The notes under the pieces: generated by a model
What the model was told of the DNA's origin: nothing
The model's database searches: none
Seen by the model: only the letters and a program-made list of their open reading frames with translations
Position numbers and translations under genes: made by a program
Assembly: GCF_006345805.1 (NCBI RefSeq)
Contig: NC_042998.1
Location: forward strand, 200,322,001 to 200,386,000
Direction: 5' to 3'
Source of the DNA: Octopus sinensis
Taxonomy: Eukaryota
Length of the DNA stretch: 64,000 bases
In this document: positions 1-11,897 of the stretch, piece by piece
How the letters are laid out: each line of letters starts with the position of its first letter
Numbering within the stretch: position 1 is the stretch's first letter

Positions 1-1223
1 CTCCATTGCGTTCAAATTTCTTTTCTTGTTTTCAAATATCTTTACTTCGATCTATTTCCTTTCCAGCCTCCCATTTCTCCGAATTTTACGTTTCACTTTT
101 TTATATTCCATCGCTTCGTTCTATTACATTTTTTTTTCCTAATTCGCTACGTATTCTTCCTCTATTCTTTACATGTTTCATTTTTTTCTCTCTCTTCTTA
201 AAATTTAATTCTCAACTGAGTTTTTTTCTTCTTTACTTTATTCCTTAAAACCTTTGTAATACTTCACCGTTTTCAAACTTTTATTTTATTCTTTCTCTTT
301 TTTTCTATGAAACAGGTATTTTAGTAAGTCTTATTGTTTATATTTTTATTTTCTCTTTGTCATTTATTGTATTTAAAGAAAAATATATGGCGATGCTTAT
401 AAAAGAAAATGGTAGTGACAAGGTGAATGCTGTTAGACATTGAAGATATTGTTTCATTATTGTAGATTTCACTTTTGTTGTTATTGTTATTATTATTATT
501 ATTTATCATCATTGTTATTGTGATTCTTATATCATTGATGTAGCTGACTTTATAGTTGATGTCGACGACATCGTTATTTATCTTGTTAGAAAGGAATGCA
601 AATATTTTAAGTCTTGTGTCCGTCTGAAATCCTTAACGTAAACCCCATTTTTTTTGCAAACACATACGTTTCTCATCATCGTCATTTCATTATTGTTCTA
701 CTTGTTATTGTTATCAAAATGAATATTAATACAGTAAAGTAAAGTTATCAATAATGTTAGAGTTATATTTTACTAAACATTCATCAGAATATCTTAATGT
801 TGATATCATAAATTGTATCATTGTCTCCCACCATCAAAATTATGAAATTATATGGTATAAATATGGACTCTTGAATAAATCACATTTTTATATTTGTTGT
901 ACTGGCATTATGAAGCCCTGCCTCGATAGGAAAGAATGGAACCTTAGTAGAATTTGAACACAGCACATAGATGAGCAAAAGCATTTCACCCCAAATTACC
1001 TAAGATATTTAGGCTACATGTACTGGTAACTCCTAGAATCTTGAAGATAAGGATTTTGTGAACGTGAAAAGTTCACTGGCCGCAATATCCGAGCAGCAGA
1101 TATTCCAAATAATACTTTCAATGACACAATGATAGAATATGTGCATACTCTTCCTATATGTAACGTGATTTGCTGTGAGTCTGTCACCGTTACTGACAAG
1201 TTAGGAAGACTGTAAAGAATATG

Positions 1224-1290
1224 AAGTAGTAGTAGTAGTATTAGTAGTAGTAGTAGCAGCAGCAGCAGCAGTAGTAGCAGTAGTGGTAGC

Positions 1291-1353
<63 letters not shown>
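1224..1353. repeat. Compound trinucleotide microsatellite (AGT)n/(AGC)n/(GGT)n
   Basis: Direct reading. It explains the poly-T/poly-Y ORFs 1201..1386 and 1241..1672. Confidence 0.97.
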
Positions 1354-1354
<1 letters not shown>

Positions 1355-2740
1355 TACTCTGCTGCTGTGGCTGAAAGTGATGACAAAGAAGAAAACGAAG
1401 ACGGGGGAGGAAGGGGAAAAGGATAAGGGGAAGAGGCGAACTAGAGAGTAACTAATGTAGCGCCCAGCGGCATTTATCAGAAAACAATAACTAATTTTAT
1501 TATGTTCGCCATCATAAATTTTAAGGGACAGAGAAAAGAAAATAACGAGAGAAGAATTAAAATTGGAATCTAAAGTAAATAACTCCTTATGAGGGTGTGT
1601 GCGTGTATGTGTGTGTTTGTGTGTATAAAGGGATGTATGTGTGTGTGTGTGTGTGTGTGTTTGTGAATGCATGTGTGTATGTGAGAGAGAGAGAAGGTGT
1701 GTGTATGCGTGTTTGTCTAATTATCTGTTCATCATATAGGTGCATTGAGTATGTGTCAGAAGCTGGTTTATTATAAATTCACACGTGACATATAATATTC
1801 TTACCTGTTGAAATATATATTTTTGTTCGATTTATAAGAACTCTTGCAATTTAGTAATTTAGCTCCGATGTATTCATATATGAGATGAAAGTTGCATATG
1901 TTGAGTGCGTCAAAATATATTTCGAATGTTGCCTTTTTCAACAAATGTACTTGTAGTCTGAGATATTGCTGACAACAATTTGCAAGAAGGGCACGATACC
2001 GGCACTAAAATGGATATTATGACCAATTTTATCAGCATCTTTATATTTACAGAGATTGGTAGAATTATACAAGTTCTGTAACACTCGAAACGGAGTCAGT
2101 AACAGCTAGAATAGCAAACTATCTAATATAAATGTAAGCAGAATGCATTATGAGCAAAAATAATGCCTTGAACAACAACTCCTTGCAAGCGCGTATATCG
2201 ATAACATGAAAGTGTGATCGAGGAGGCCAATAATCAAAGGCAATCACTTTGTACCGATTATTCTTTTTCCAACCATAATATATATATATAGCACAACATT
2301 TTCTAACAGTAGCAGCCTTACAGAGTAGGTTATTATTTATGGGAGATAGAGATACTTTTGCTGAAAGATGAGAAAACTGTACTACCTTTCAGATGAATAA
2401 AAAGTATACTGAATGAAAGTAAGTTCAGTTGATTGATCAAAAAAATTTTCTGAAATGGTTTCCTGGGAAAACCTGATCAGTATATCTGTTTAAACGCTTC
2501 AGTTTATCTTCTTTATAGGCTTAGAGCTACAATACAGTGACGAAAAAGACACACTCACAATATATTTGTATATTTGTATGTCAGACTTTTGCACCGTCTT
2601 CGTTTACCAAATTTCAGTCTCAGATCATGGATCAGTCTATGGTAAAAACTGCCTTAGTGAAGTAGCACTGTTGTAAGATTGACAGTGAATGTATGATGCT
2701 GCTACAAAAATTTTAAATATCACAGATATTCCTGTGAATA

Positions 2741-3939
2741 TATCAGGGTGAGTAAAAAATAAGCAATGTTTTGAACCATGAAGAATTTGTATCGGATTTT
2801 TGCAAAGTTTTGATTTAAAAAAATAATGTCTGATAATGCAGATATAGACTTGCCCAAATGCATCAATGAATTAATACTGATTCCATTTTTGAAAAGTTTT
2901 TACCGCTGTTACCATCATCTGAAACGAACCAGCCAAAGCGCGATATATAGGCAATTTTCCTGTTCAACTTCAAAAAAGGACGTAAAGCAGCTGAAACTGC
3001 TTGCAATATCAATGAAGCGTTTAATAAGGAAACGTCCAGTGTGTGGGCAGTTCGAAAATGATTTAAACGATTTCGCAGTGGTGACCTGAGACTTGAAGAT
3101 CGTGAGCGTAGTGGATACCCATCTGCAGTAGATGACGGTCAATTAAAGGTCGTCATTGAGAAAGTTCCATGTAAACCCACAGGAGAACTCAGAAAAGAAC
3201 TTCAGGTTTGCCAGAAAACTGCCTGAAACAATTTGCATGCGATCGGAAAATCAAAAAAATTTAAGAAACGGGTACTACACGTTGTGAATGAAAGTCAGAA
3301 AATGCGCAGATATGAAATTTGTTTATCGCTTCTTCTCTGTAATCCGACCGATACATTTCTCGGTCGTATTGTAACTTGCGATGAAAAGTGGACTCTATCG
3401 AAAAAAAAAAAAACGTTCTTCGCAGTGGTTAGACTGATTCCTAATCCCGAGCTCTTAACATATATGGTCATGGTAACTCTTTGGAAGTGTACCGCTGGAC
3501 TCATCCTCTATAACTTCTTAAAAATCCAAAAAACCATTGCTACAGAAACATATTACCATGAAATTGTCACAATGTACAAAAAAACTGCTACTCCCTTGTC
3601 CCAGATTGGTCAGTCATACTTCATGACAATGCTCGACCACACATTTCACAGATGACGCTCTAGGCTTTGAGGGAACTTGACTACATAGTTCTTCCCCACC
3701 CAGCTTCTTCCCCCAGACCTTTCTCCTACCGATAACCACTTTTTCCAGCACCTTGATGGTTTCCTGTGAGAGAAGGAGTTCAAAAATCAAACCGATGCTG
3801 AAAGTGCGTTCAAAGAGTTCATCAGATCGAGATTGATGGTAATGATACTTAATTTGATAAATAAAACTTCCGCATTGTTGAGATATATCGTGATGAATTT
3901 CATTTTCAAAACGTTGCTTAATTTTTACTCAGCCTAATA
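2741..3939 (+). mobile_element. Mariner (Tc1/mariner, D,D34D-type) DNA transposon, near full length, inactive
   Basis: Left TIR TAtcagggtgagtaaaaaataagcaatgttttgaa (2741-2775) matches right TIR ttcaaaacgttgcttaatttttactcagcctaaTA (3905-3939) with 4 mismatches and TA ends. A transposase remnant lies between them. Confidence 0.95.
2927..3831 (+). pseudogene. Mariner transposase pseudogene (stops, frameshifts, internal deletion)
   Basis: Manual translation gives AIFLFNFKKGRKAAETACNINEAF...FKRFRSGDLRLEDRERSG (HTH), then RIVTCDEKW (first catalytic D), HDNARPH (second D) and SPDLSPTDNHFF (YSPDLAPSDYHLF-like, third D). Several in-frame stops. Confidence 0.93.
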
Positions 3940-4847
3940 TAATGTCTGCATAATTCGACGATGAGGATGATATTCACAAGAGGAGTCACACACTTTCACC
4001 AAGATAGATGGGTAGTGAATATATCGGTTAGCATTTATTGCGAGTTCAAACAATTGAGAAGTCAGTAGTTTCTTATGAGTAGTCCCTGTTTTGTTCAAGA
4101 TCAGCTTTATATTTCTTTTATATTTATTTCTAAAGCTTCATTTGAAATAGACATTCTATTTGATGTTTTGCAATGCTTCTATTTCTTTGTTCAAAGAAAC
4201 CACCCCAGAACATATTTGAAAGATCAATTCAGATCGCTTCATGTATATACGTAGCCATTGTGTCTTGGTGTTTTTGAGTGAAATAACCTAGAACTTTTGT
4301 AAACAACACCAAGGTTGTTCATGTCGTCTAACACGAGATCAAACGGTTCTCAGACTGATCATCCCGTTATTTTTTATTCTGGCATAAATTGTATACGACT
4401 AGGTTATTAAAAAAACTTCTTTCACACGACATCTTTCAATTTAAGGAATTTGTAGTTGCTATCTCTATTAGGTTTCCAAATAAGTAATACAGTAGCTTCT
4501 ACAATGGATTGGCAACTGTGTTGAAGTAGTAAATGTGAGCTAGACTTAGCAAAAACAGCAACAGAAAATTCCAATTATCGAGATAAATGATGTTTTACTT
4601 TTTTGAAAGAAAAAAATAACATGGAGTTTTAATAGAAAAATATATTTGGTGTATTACACCGTTCATTTTACTTAAGTTATGCTTCTGACTTGCAAATATA
4701 TATATATATAAATATGTTTTGTCTTATATTTTGACGTTCAAATATTCTAGAATTTCCTTTCACTTAATGTATCTTACATTTACATATGCGTGGTATGTCA
4801 AAGGCAGGTAGACAGACGGGCGTGCATGTGGTTAGATAGATAGACAG

Positions 4848-4880
4848 ACACATATATATATATATATAATATATATATAT

Positions 4881-4944
<64 letters not shown>

Positions 4945-5000
4945 CAAAAACAGAGAGAAATTGAGAGGAAGAGAGAAAGATGAGATAGAGAGAGAGAGGG
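4848..5000. repeat. Compound microsatellite (TA)n-(TAGA)n-(GA)n
   Basis: Direct reading. Confidence 0.95.
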
Positions 5001-5149
5001 TGAGGGGAGCGAAATGGTATTTAGATATTGTTTATTATGTATGCACATTTATGAGCATTCATAGATATAAATGTACATGGAATTCACTTGGTGAGTATTC
5101 AGTTTGATCTACTGCAAAAATATACAAATCAATAATAAAATAATAAATA

Positions 5150-5470
5150 CGATGGTTGTGGTCATTGAAGATAGTAGTGGAAATATGAAGGTTGTAGTCA
5201 ATGAAGAGGGTAGACGTGATACCAATAGTAATTGGTCCACTTGAAAGTATCAGCACACAACGACCAATATGACTGAAGAAAATCGGTTGCAAGTGTGAAG
5301 GTAGAATACCAACAAAAATCAGCATTGCTTGGAACAGCAAGAATTCTTCGCAGGGTTCTTGAAGCATGACCAGTTAACAAGTGCCATCTTAGTCTGCTGG
5401 CTGTGGACAGCTAACACTTTCCATCATACCTAGCGAGAAATGTTGTGAGTTTTCATATAATAATAATAAT
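5150..5470 (+). mobile_element. 3' end of an R4/Dong-like non-LTR retrotransposon (RLE C-terminus, 3'UTR, (TAA)n tail)
   Basis: Frameshifted translation VIPIVIGPL...QQKSALLGTARILRRVLEA*, the typical C-terminus of RLE-clade LINEs. It is followed by a short UTR and an (ATA)n tail at about 5456-5470. Confidence 0.8.
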
Positions 5471-7131
5471 AGAGGCCCAGGTTCGGATAACCAGGAACAG
5501 CCTCCGTAGAGGTGATAACCTCGTGAAAAATAATGTAGGTGGAGGTCAGTGAAGGTGAAGATCAGGGGCAGATTCAGTTCAGAGGTTAAAGAAATCTAGT
5601 TACTGACACATGAACTAAAGGAACAACTTCAGGATTGCTTGAATAAAGGAGTAATACCAGAATGGACCAATAAAGGGGGGGGAGTTCTCCTTATGAAAGA
5701 TAAAAGCAAGGTAATACAGCTTGTAATTATAGACCAATCATTTGTTGTTGGAAGCTGTTAATGGGATTACTTAATACAAACTGTCAAACTTTTCAGCAAA
5801 GATATAAGCATGGAATGTAGCATAGATAAGTGTGCAATGTTAATCATGAAAAATGGACAGGCAGTCTGCAGTGAAGTTATCCAATTACCAGACTGCCAGA
5901 CACTAACATTACTGAAGGAAGGAGAAGGACATAAGCATCTAGGATTATTAGAATCTGACAGAGTACTAGCTATAGACATGGATACGAAAATTGAGAAGTA
6001 CATGAGAAGTGTAAGGAAGCTAATGAAATCAAAGACAAAAGGTCCGAATCTAGTGAAGTGTGTAAATACTTGGGCAGAATCGTTACTACTCGGCAGCTTC
6101 TGTAGATTGGACAAAATTTGAATTAGCAGAAGAACTAGGAAGGAATTCAATACGTAGCAAGATTATACTTACCTAGAAAGGACGGTGGAATTAGTAGAAA
6201 TAGAATGTAGGTCATAGTGAAGAATGTTTATTAAGAGCTTCTCGAAGCATAGTAGCACATAGGGAAACCAAAACGCCAAATGAAGTTAGAAACTAGGGAA
6301 AAAGAAGCAAGATTATCTGATTGGCAAGAGAAGGCTTTACAGATAGTCGCAAGAAAGAGTAATAGCGAGACAAGGTTGAAAAGGAAGACGGAAAGTTTGC
6401 TAGTAGCATCAAAATTCAAGCATTGAGGACTGATTGAGTAAAAGCCAAGATAGACAAAAAGTCAGTAGATTCCCAATGTAGATTATGTAAGTCAAAAGTG
6501 GGGAGTTTTTATCTTATATTTCGTGAAAGTAGCATGCTAGCACAAGAAGAATACAAGAAAATAGATAACAACCTAAGGAGAATTATCCACTTGGCTATAT
6601 GGAGAAAGGTAAGATCTGACCATATTGACAAACGATATGAAGATGAACCCTGTTAAGTGCTAGAAAGTATGAAGTATAAGATACGGGATTTTAGCATTCA
6701 GATTGACAGAGTAATAGAAGCTAGAAGGCTTGATTTATTAGTAAACGATAAAGAGAATAGAAAGTGCGAGATAATTGACTTTACAATCCCAAATGATGAG
6801 AAAGTAAATATGAGAGGTGTTGAGAAATTAGCAATGTACCAGGACTTAGCCATTGAGTTGCGTAGATAATGGCAGTGCGGGTAAAATGTATCCCTGTAGT
6901 TATATGCACATTGAGAGCTACGCCTAAAGATCTGAACAGATGAATAGAGTAAATAGGCCTAAAGCCTAGTTTAAGCACAGTTTCAGAACAACAGTGTTAT
7001 TAGGGACAGTTAGAATCCCCAGGAGGGTTCTTGGCCTGTAAGGTTGCATGTTGTAGCCCGATGTTAGGAATCTTTTTCTCACAGTTTAATTAGTTGTGCG
7101 TATATGAAATAACAACAACAGCAATAGCAAT
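5471..7131 (+). mobile_element. Second, internally deleted R4/Dong-like LINE remnant (RT parts, CCHC, RLE)
   Basis: QLQDCLNKGVIPEW...MKDKSK...NYRPI (RT N-terminal part), then a jump to MECSIDKC...HKHLGLLE (RT C-terminal part; YxDD core missing). CRLCK zinc-knuckle start near 6475; DFSIQIDRVIEARRLDLLVNDKENRKCEIIDFTIPND..EKLAMYQDL (PD-D/ExK RLE); LGTVRIPRRVLGL*; (AAC)n tail. Confidence 0.88.
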
Positions 7132-7348
7132 GGTTTCTAATTTTCCCACAGCGGCAGCAATTTTGGGGGACGGGATGAGTCGAGTACGTGGACCCCAGTG
7201 TTCAAATGGTACTTATTCTATCGACCCCGAAAGGATGAAAGGTAAAGTCGACCTTGGGGGACTTTGAACTCAGAACATAGTGATGAGTGAGATACTGCTA
7301 AGCATTTCGTCCGGCACGCTAACGATTCTGCCAGCTCGCCGCCTTAGT
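7132..7348 (-). mobile_element. tRNA-derived SINE, family A
   Basis: Minus strand has head GGCGGCGAGCTGGCAG (A box), GAGTTCAAA (B box) and core TTTCATCCTTTCGGGGTCGATAG..AAGTACC. Flanked by a 12-bp direct repeat agcaatagcaat (7120-7131, 7349-7360). Confidence 0.9.
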
Positions 7349-7921
7349 AGCAATAGCAATAAGAAAATAACGCTCTTAAACACTATATGCCCTTATGGTT
7401 AAATATTAGGTGTTACAAAATATTAGAACTACAGAACCGCCCACATCTTACGAGAAGCAGTGAATTTGAAAATAGTTGATTCTCTTGAAACTATTTCAGA
7501 ACTCGTATGTTATAAATGAATCAGAATCTTAGTTCTCTGATTCTGGTCTCTCTCCCTCTCAATATATAATTTCGGATTATAAAGTAACACCCATAGGAAA
7601 GCGTCTATCTTGCTCTCATTTGATGCCACTGTGTGAGTCTTGAAACGGTTAATGAAAAGCAAAGCAACAATAACATACAAGAGAATGCCTATAATACTAA
7701 CAATGATAATATTAATAATTTTTCCTTCTAATTTAGACGCAAGGCAATACATTCTGGGGTCGGAGTTTCTTTAGTCGGTCACATTGATATCTGGCATATA
7801 TCTTTACTTCATTTTATGAGTCCGGAAATGGGGAAAACTAAACCTGATCACGGTTGGATTTGAACTGTGAAAGTAAAGAACCGAAAGAATTAACGCACGG
7901 CATTTGCCCGACAGCTCCACA

Positions 7922-7922
7922 A

Positions 7923-7953
<31 letters not shown>

Positions 7954-7982
7954 ATGATGATGATGGTAGTGATGGTGGTGGT
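7922..7982. repeat. (GAT)n/(GGT)n microsatellite
   Basis: Direct reading. It explains the poly-D/poly-S ORFs. Confidence 0.93.
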
Positions 7983-9408
7983 GAGGAAATATATTTAGTT
8001 ACTTGCACCAGAATTGTAAATAATATTACACACGAAGATATGACATATTTTTCACATGTAATTTGATAATTATGAAATTGAATATAAAGGATACCGAAGG
8101 AGAATAATAAAAAAAAATTCAATGAGAAAATGAAGCTTTTGGTCGCCGAATTATATTCAAAATATATTATTTATCGTAACACTAGCTGTATATTTCATTA
8201 CGTTTCGAAGTTCGAAAATTACGCAATACGGAACACGTTGGTTTTCTTGAGAAGACAAATAATAAACAAAATTAAAGAAAAAATAATACAGCTCTATGAT
8301 CATTTTTTTAAAAACACATTATGCTAGCGGGCTCTGGTAGCTCGTATTACTGCAAAATTTGAACGAAATTAACTGAAACTGAACAGTTGTAATACGATAA
8401 CTATAGCAAATTATTATAAAAAAAGTGATGAAGAATTTTCTCATAAAAGATTCTTTCTATAAGATATGCTATATATGTTACAGAATCATTACAAGCATGA
8501 ACCATAGAAATGGAGGACAAGTTCAACAGAAAACGTCAACGCAGTCATAATACTGCGATGGTATTCAATTCTAGCAAAGGTTTCCTTCTGTGTGAAATCA
8601 AATGTTTGCAGATATTTCAATGTCTGCTAATAATAAAGCCTGGAGAATCGAAACATGTAATTAATTATCCGGACTTTCCATATGAGAAAAAGCTTCCATC
8701 AAGAATTGAAACGTAGCAAATTCCGTACAGTGAGGAGTTTAAGTTTTCTTCTATGAATTTTGTAAAAGAAGGGAAAATATTCCTGAATTCAATCATTTCA
8801 AGTATAAACTGAAAAGGATAAATCGATTTAACATGAGAGGAATAACTTTGATGCTTTAATAATTCACTAAGGGTGGACCGTCGACGGCACAATCAAAACC
8901 ACATACAAACGGACAACATACGAATAAAGCAGGAACAAAGAAAAAAGGCAGAATATGTGAATATATATATGTGTCTCAGTTGCGTTTACATTCTTTCCTT
9001 CTACAAAGAAATCTAATGCTCACAGCTTAGTTTTTTCCTTGGGGCTGGCCGTGTTGGAGCAAATATCAGAATTAATCAGCCGGAATTCGCCATGATGATT
9101 CGGTTTCTGACTGAAGATTGAAGGCTTCGAATGACTTGTCTGTTTTCCGTGTTCGTCCCTTCGTGTATTGCACGTTCTTTATATATACATTTTTATTCCT
9201 ATATATATATATATATATATATGAGTGTGTGTGTAATTAAAAAGTTTAATTATTGTCATTATTTTAAAGCGTGTTTATCTATGTCAACAGAACATTTACT
9301 GTCACTTATCCTGATTTCATTCACCTTCGAGCCGTGTCGATGACTTTGTGCTTCAACTTAAGTAACTCATTCTACTAAATCTTAATGACTTTGTTAACTC
9401 ATGAACCG

Positions 9409-9460
<52 letters not shown>

Positions 9461-9496
9461 GTGTGTATGTATATATATATATATATAATATATATA

Positions 9497-9544
<48 letters not shown>

Positions 9545-9560
9545 ATATATATAATATATA

Positions 9561-9593
<33 letters not shown>

Positions 9594-9595
9594 CA

Positions 9596-9626
<31 letters not shown>

Positions 9627-9640
9627 GAATATGTGTGTAA
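9409..9640. repeat. Compound (TA)n-(TG)n-(TA)n microsatellite
   Basis: Direct reading. Confidence 0.96.
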
Positions 9641-10341
9641 GTGCGTGTAATTAAAAAATATTTAATTAGGGTCATTATTTTAAGGCGTGTTTAAATATGT
9701 CAGCGGAACATTTATTGTTGGGTGTGGACACAATAATAATTGTAGAGCCGAATTAATTTTAAAAATTATATTCATTTTGATTTTATGTTTCGCCTGTCGG
9801 CGTCTATATCTAATGGTCAGATAAGTGCCAATGAATTCTAATCATAGATGTTATAAAACTCCCTTTCTCCGGAAGCAAAACCAAGTTCAAAACAAAACAT
9901 TTGCAACTAAGTAAATAAAAATAAATAAAATTATATAACTGATTTTCCAGCTAGACACGCAGCCAAATGTACCTTAGATTTCATAAAACAAACTTGAATG
10001 TTGGTTACAGAGGGATTTTCTCAGCAGTCAGTAGGTCATGTTGATAGCTATAATGTATGTAAACCTGGGTCTATTGCAGAAAGACAAACCCAGAGCCACA
10101 CAACAAAAACAACAATCTGAAATTGCTTATTAGTAATTAAATATCATAATTCAAATAATCAAATGCCAGTAAATAGCTGGAAGGTTTCTGTCTTCATAAT
10201 CCTACAGTGTGTTTCACTTTACAAATTGATTGAGTCATCGATCTTTCACTTTGAAGCCGTGTATACAACTATACATTTAGATAGAGAGAAAACGAAAGAA
10301 ATAGGAAGAAAAATGAAACATGCTGACTTCAACAGACGATA

Positions 10342-10707
10342 TCTTTATATATAAAAGTCAAGTTGTGTCTGTCTCCTTTTGCGGTGCAGTTTAACCAAAA
10401 CCGGGTATCTTATAGTTGTGATTCATATCAAGCCCTTCTGGGTATTAGCGCGCGTCTACGATGAGTCTACGATTAAAAAAAAAATTATCATCAATTTTTT
10501 TCCATTTTAATGCATTATTTTCGCAATGATATAAGGGAAGTAACTCTCTAAAAATGTCAACGATGAGTCAACGATTTAAAAAAAATTACCATCATTTTTT
10601 TTTCCATTTTTAATGCACATTTTTGCTATTTTTTGGCTATAAATCTCTAAAAAGCTTATATAGTTATTTCCCTTACCAACCCGAGCAACGCCGGGCGATA
10701 TTGCTAG
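10342..10707 (+). mobile_element. Non-autonomous Helitron-type element, copy 1
   Basis: 5' A|TC start (a|tctttatatataaaag). 3' GC hairpin cccgagcaacgccggg (10680-10695) lies 8 nt upstream of CTAG|T (10704-10707). No TSD. Homologous to 35745-36141. Confidence 0.8.
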
Positions 10708-10989
10708 TTATAATTAAAACAATACATAACAGTATGTAGAAAATGTTTCAAGGCAAACATTTAGGCCTATGTACTGAATTTAATTAGTTTGTTGAATATG
10801 AAATCCATCGAAAATATATTCGAGCGTTTAAGAGATTTTGTGACTGTAGAGTTGTACATTATGGAAATAAAATGATTATATATGGAATGGTAAACGAAAA
10901 AATAATAACATATAACAATGCATGTATGTACGTAGCTTTAAATATATAAATACGCTATGATAGGTTGCTTGGCAAGACGTTTACGTCAC

Positions 10990-11354
10990 GTCGGGCTAAA
11001 TGCTTAGCGGTATTTCGTCTGCCGCTACGTTCTGAGTTCAAATTCCGCCAAGGTCGACTTTGCCTTTCATCCTTTCGGGGTCGATAACTTAAGTACCAGT
11101 TACGCACTGGGGTCGATATAATCGACTTAATCCGTTTGTCTGTCCTTGTTTGGTTCCTCTGTGTTTAGCCCCTTGTGGGTAGTAAAAAGATAGGTATTTC
11201 GTCTGTCTTTACGTTCTGTGTTCAAATTCTGCCGAGGTCGACTTTGCCTTTCATCCTTTCGGTATCTATAAATTAAGTACCAGTTGCGTACAGGGGTCGA
11301 TCTTATCGACTGGCCCCCTCCCCAAAGATGTCGGGCCTTGTGGCCAGAGTAGAA
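10990..11354 (+). mobile_element. Dimeric family A SINE, 5'-truncated, with 16-bp TSD
   Basis: Two core modules joined near 11193. Direct repeats aagacgtttacgtcac at 10974-10989 and 11355-11370. Confidence 0.9.
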
Positions 11355-11513
11355 AAGACGTTTACGTCACAACCACACTATTCTTGTTTTTTTTTATGTC
11401 CTGTACCCATATATGCTTGTATATATACATTTATATGTAGGTATGTACATATATGTATGTATATATGCATATATTCATATATATATATATAAATACACAC
11501 ACACACATATATA

Positions 11514-11581
<68 letters not shown>

Positions 11582-11692
11582 AATTGAAAACTCTTAGGGT
11601 AGCAAAAAAATTTATAGAAAAATTCTTGTTACCAGTGGTCTAGCGAGAAGGAAAAATTTTAGTCAATAGACTATATATTATTTATAGAAAAT

Positions 11693-11846
11693 ATACAGTG
11701 TACATTTAAACACATAAGAGATGACCATAATAAGACATCTGACTCACTAGAAATAGCAGTTAGTGGCTTTGACTTTTAACTGCTCTTTGTAGTGAGACAG
11801 ATGTTCTATTATGGTCATCTCTTATGTGTTTAAAGGTACACTGTAT
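11693..11846. repeat. Inverted repeat: 70-bp arms (6 mismatches), 14-nt loop
   Basis: Arms 11693-11762 and 11777-11846 compared by hand; they include a 28-bp perfect block. Confidence 0.92.
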
Positions 11847-11848
11847 TT

Positions 11849-11897
<49 letters not shown>

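Noticed and set aside
1014-1199. Minus ORF containing SAARILRP, similar to the LINE end motif GTARILRR
   Set aside because: Only a short match; no upstream RLE motifs and no tail.
7510-7752. Hydrophobic minus-strand ORF (possible TM helix)
   Set aside because: It starts inside a degenerate SINE and ends in (GA)n; the hydrophobicity is explained by AT-rich codons, and there is no splice support.
9111-9140. CTGAAGA...GAAT...GTC and, at about 13741-13765 (minus), TCGAAGA-AAGT-GAAACAGGTC hammerhead-like strings
   Set aside because: Core positions are mutated and stems I/II are missing or unpaired; at most decayed PLE relics.
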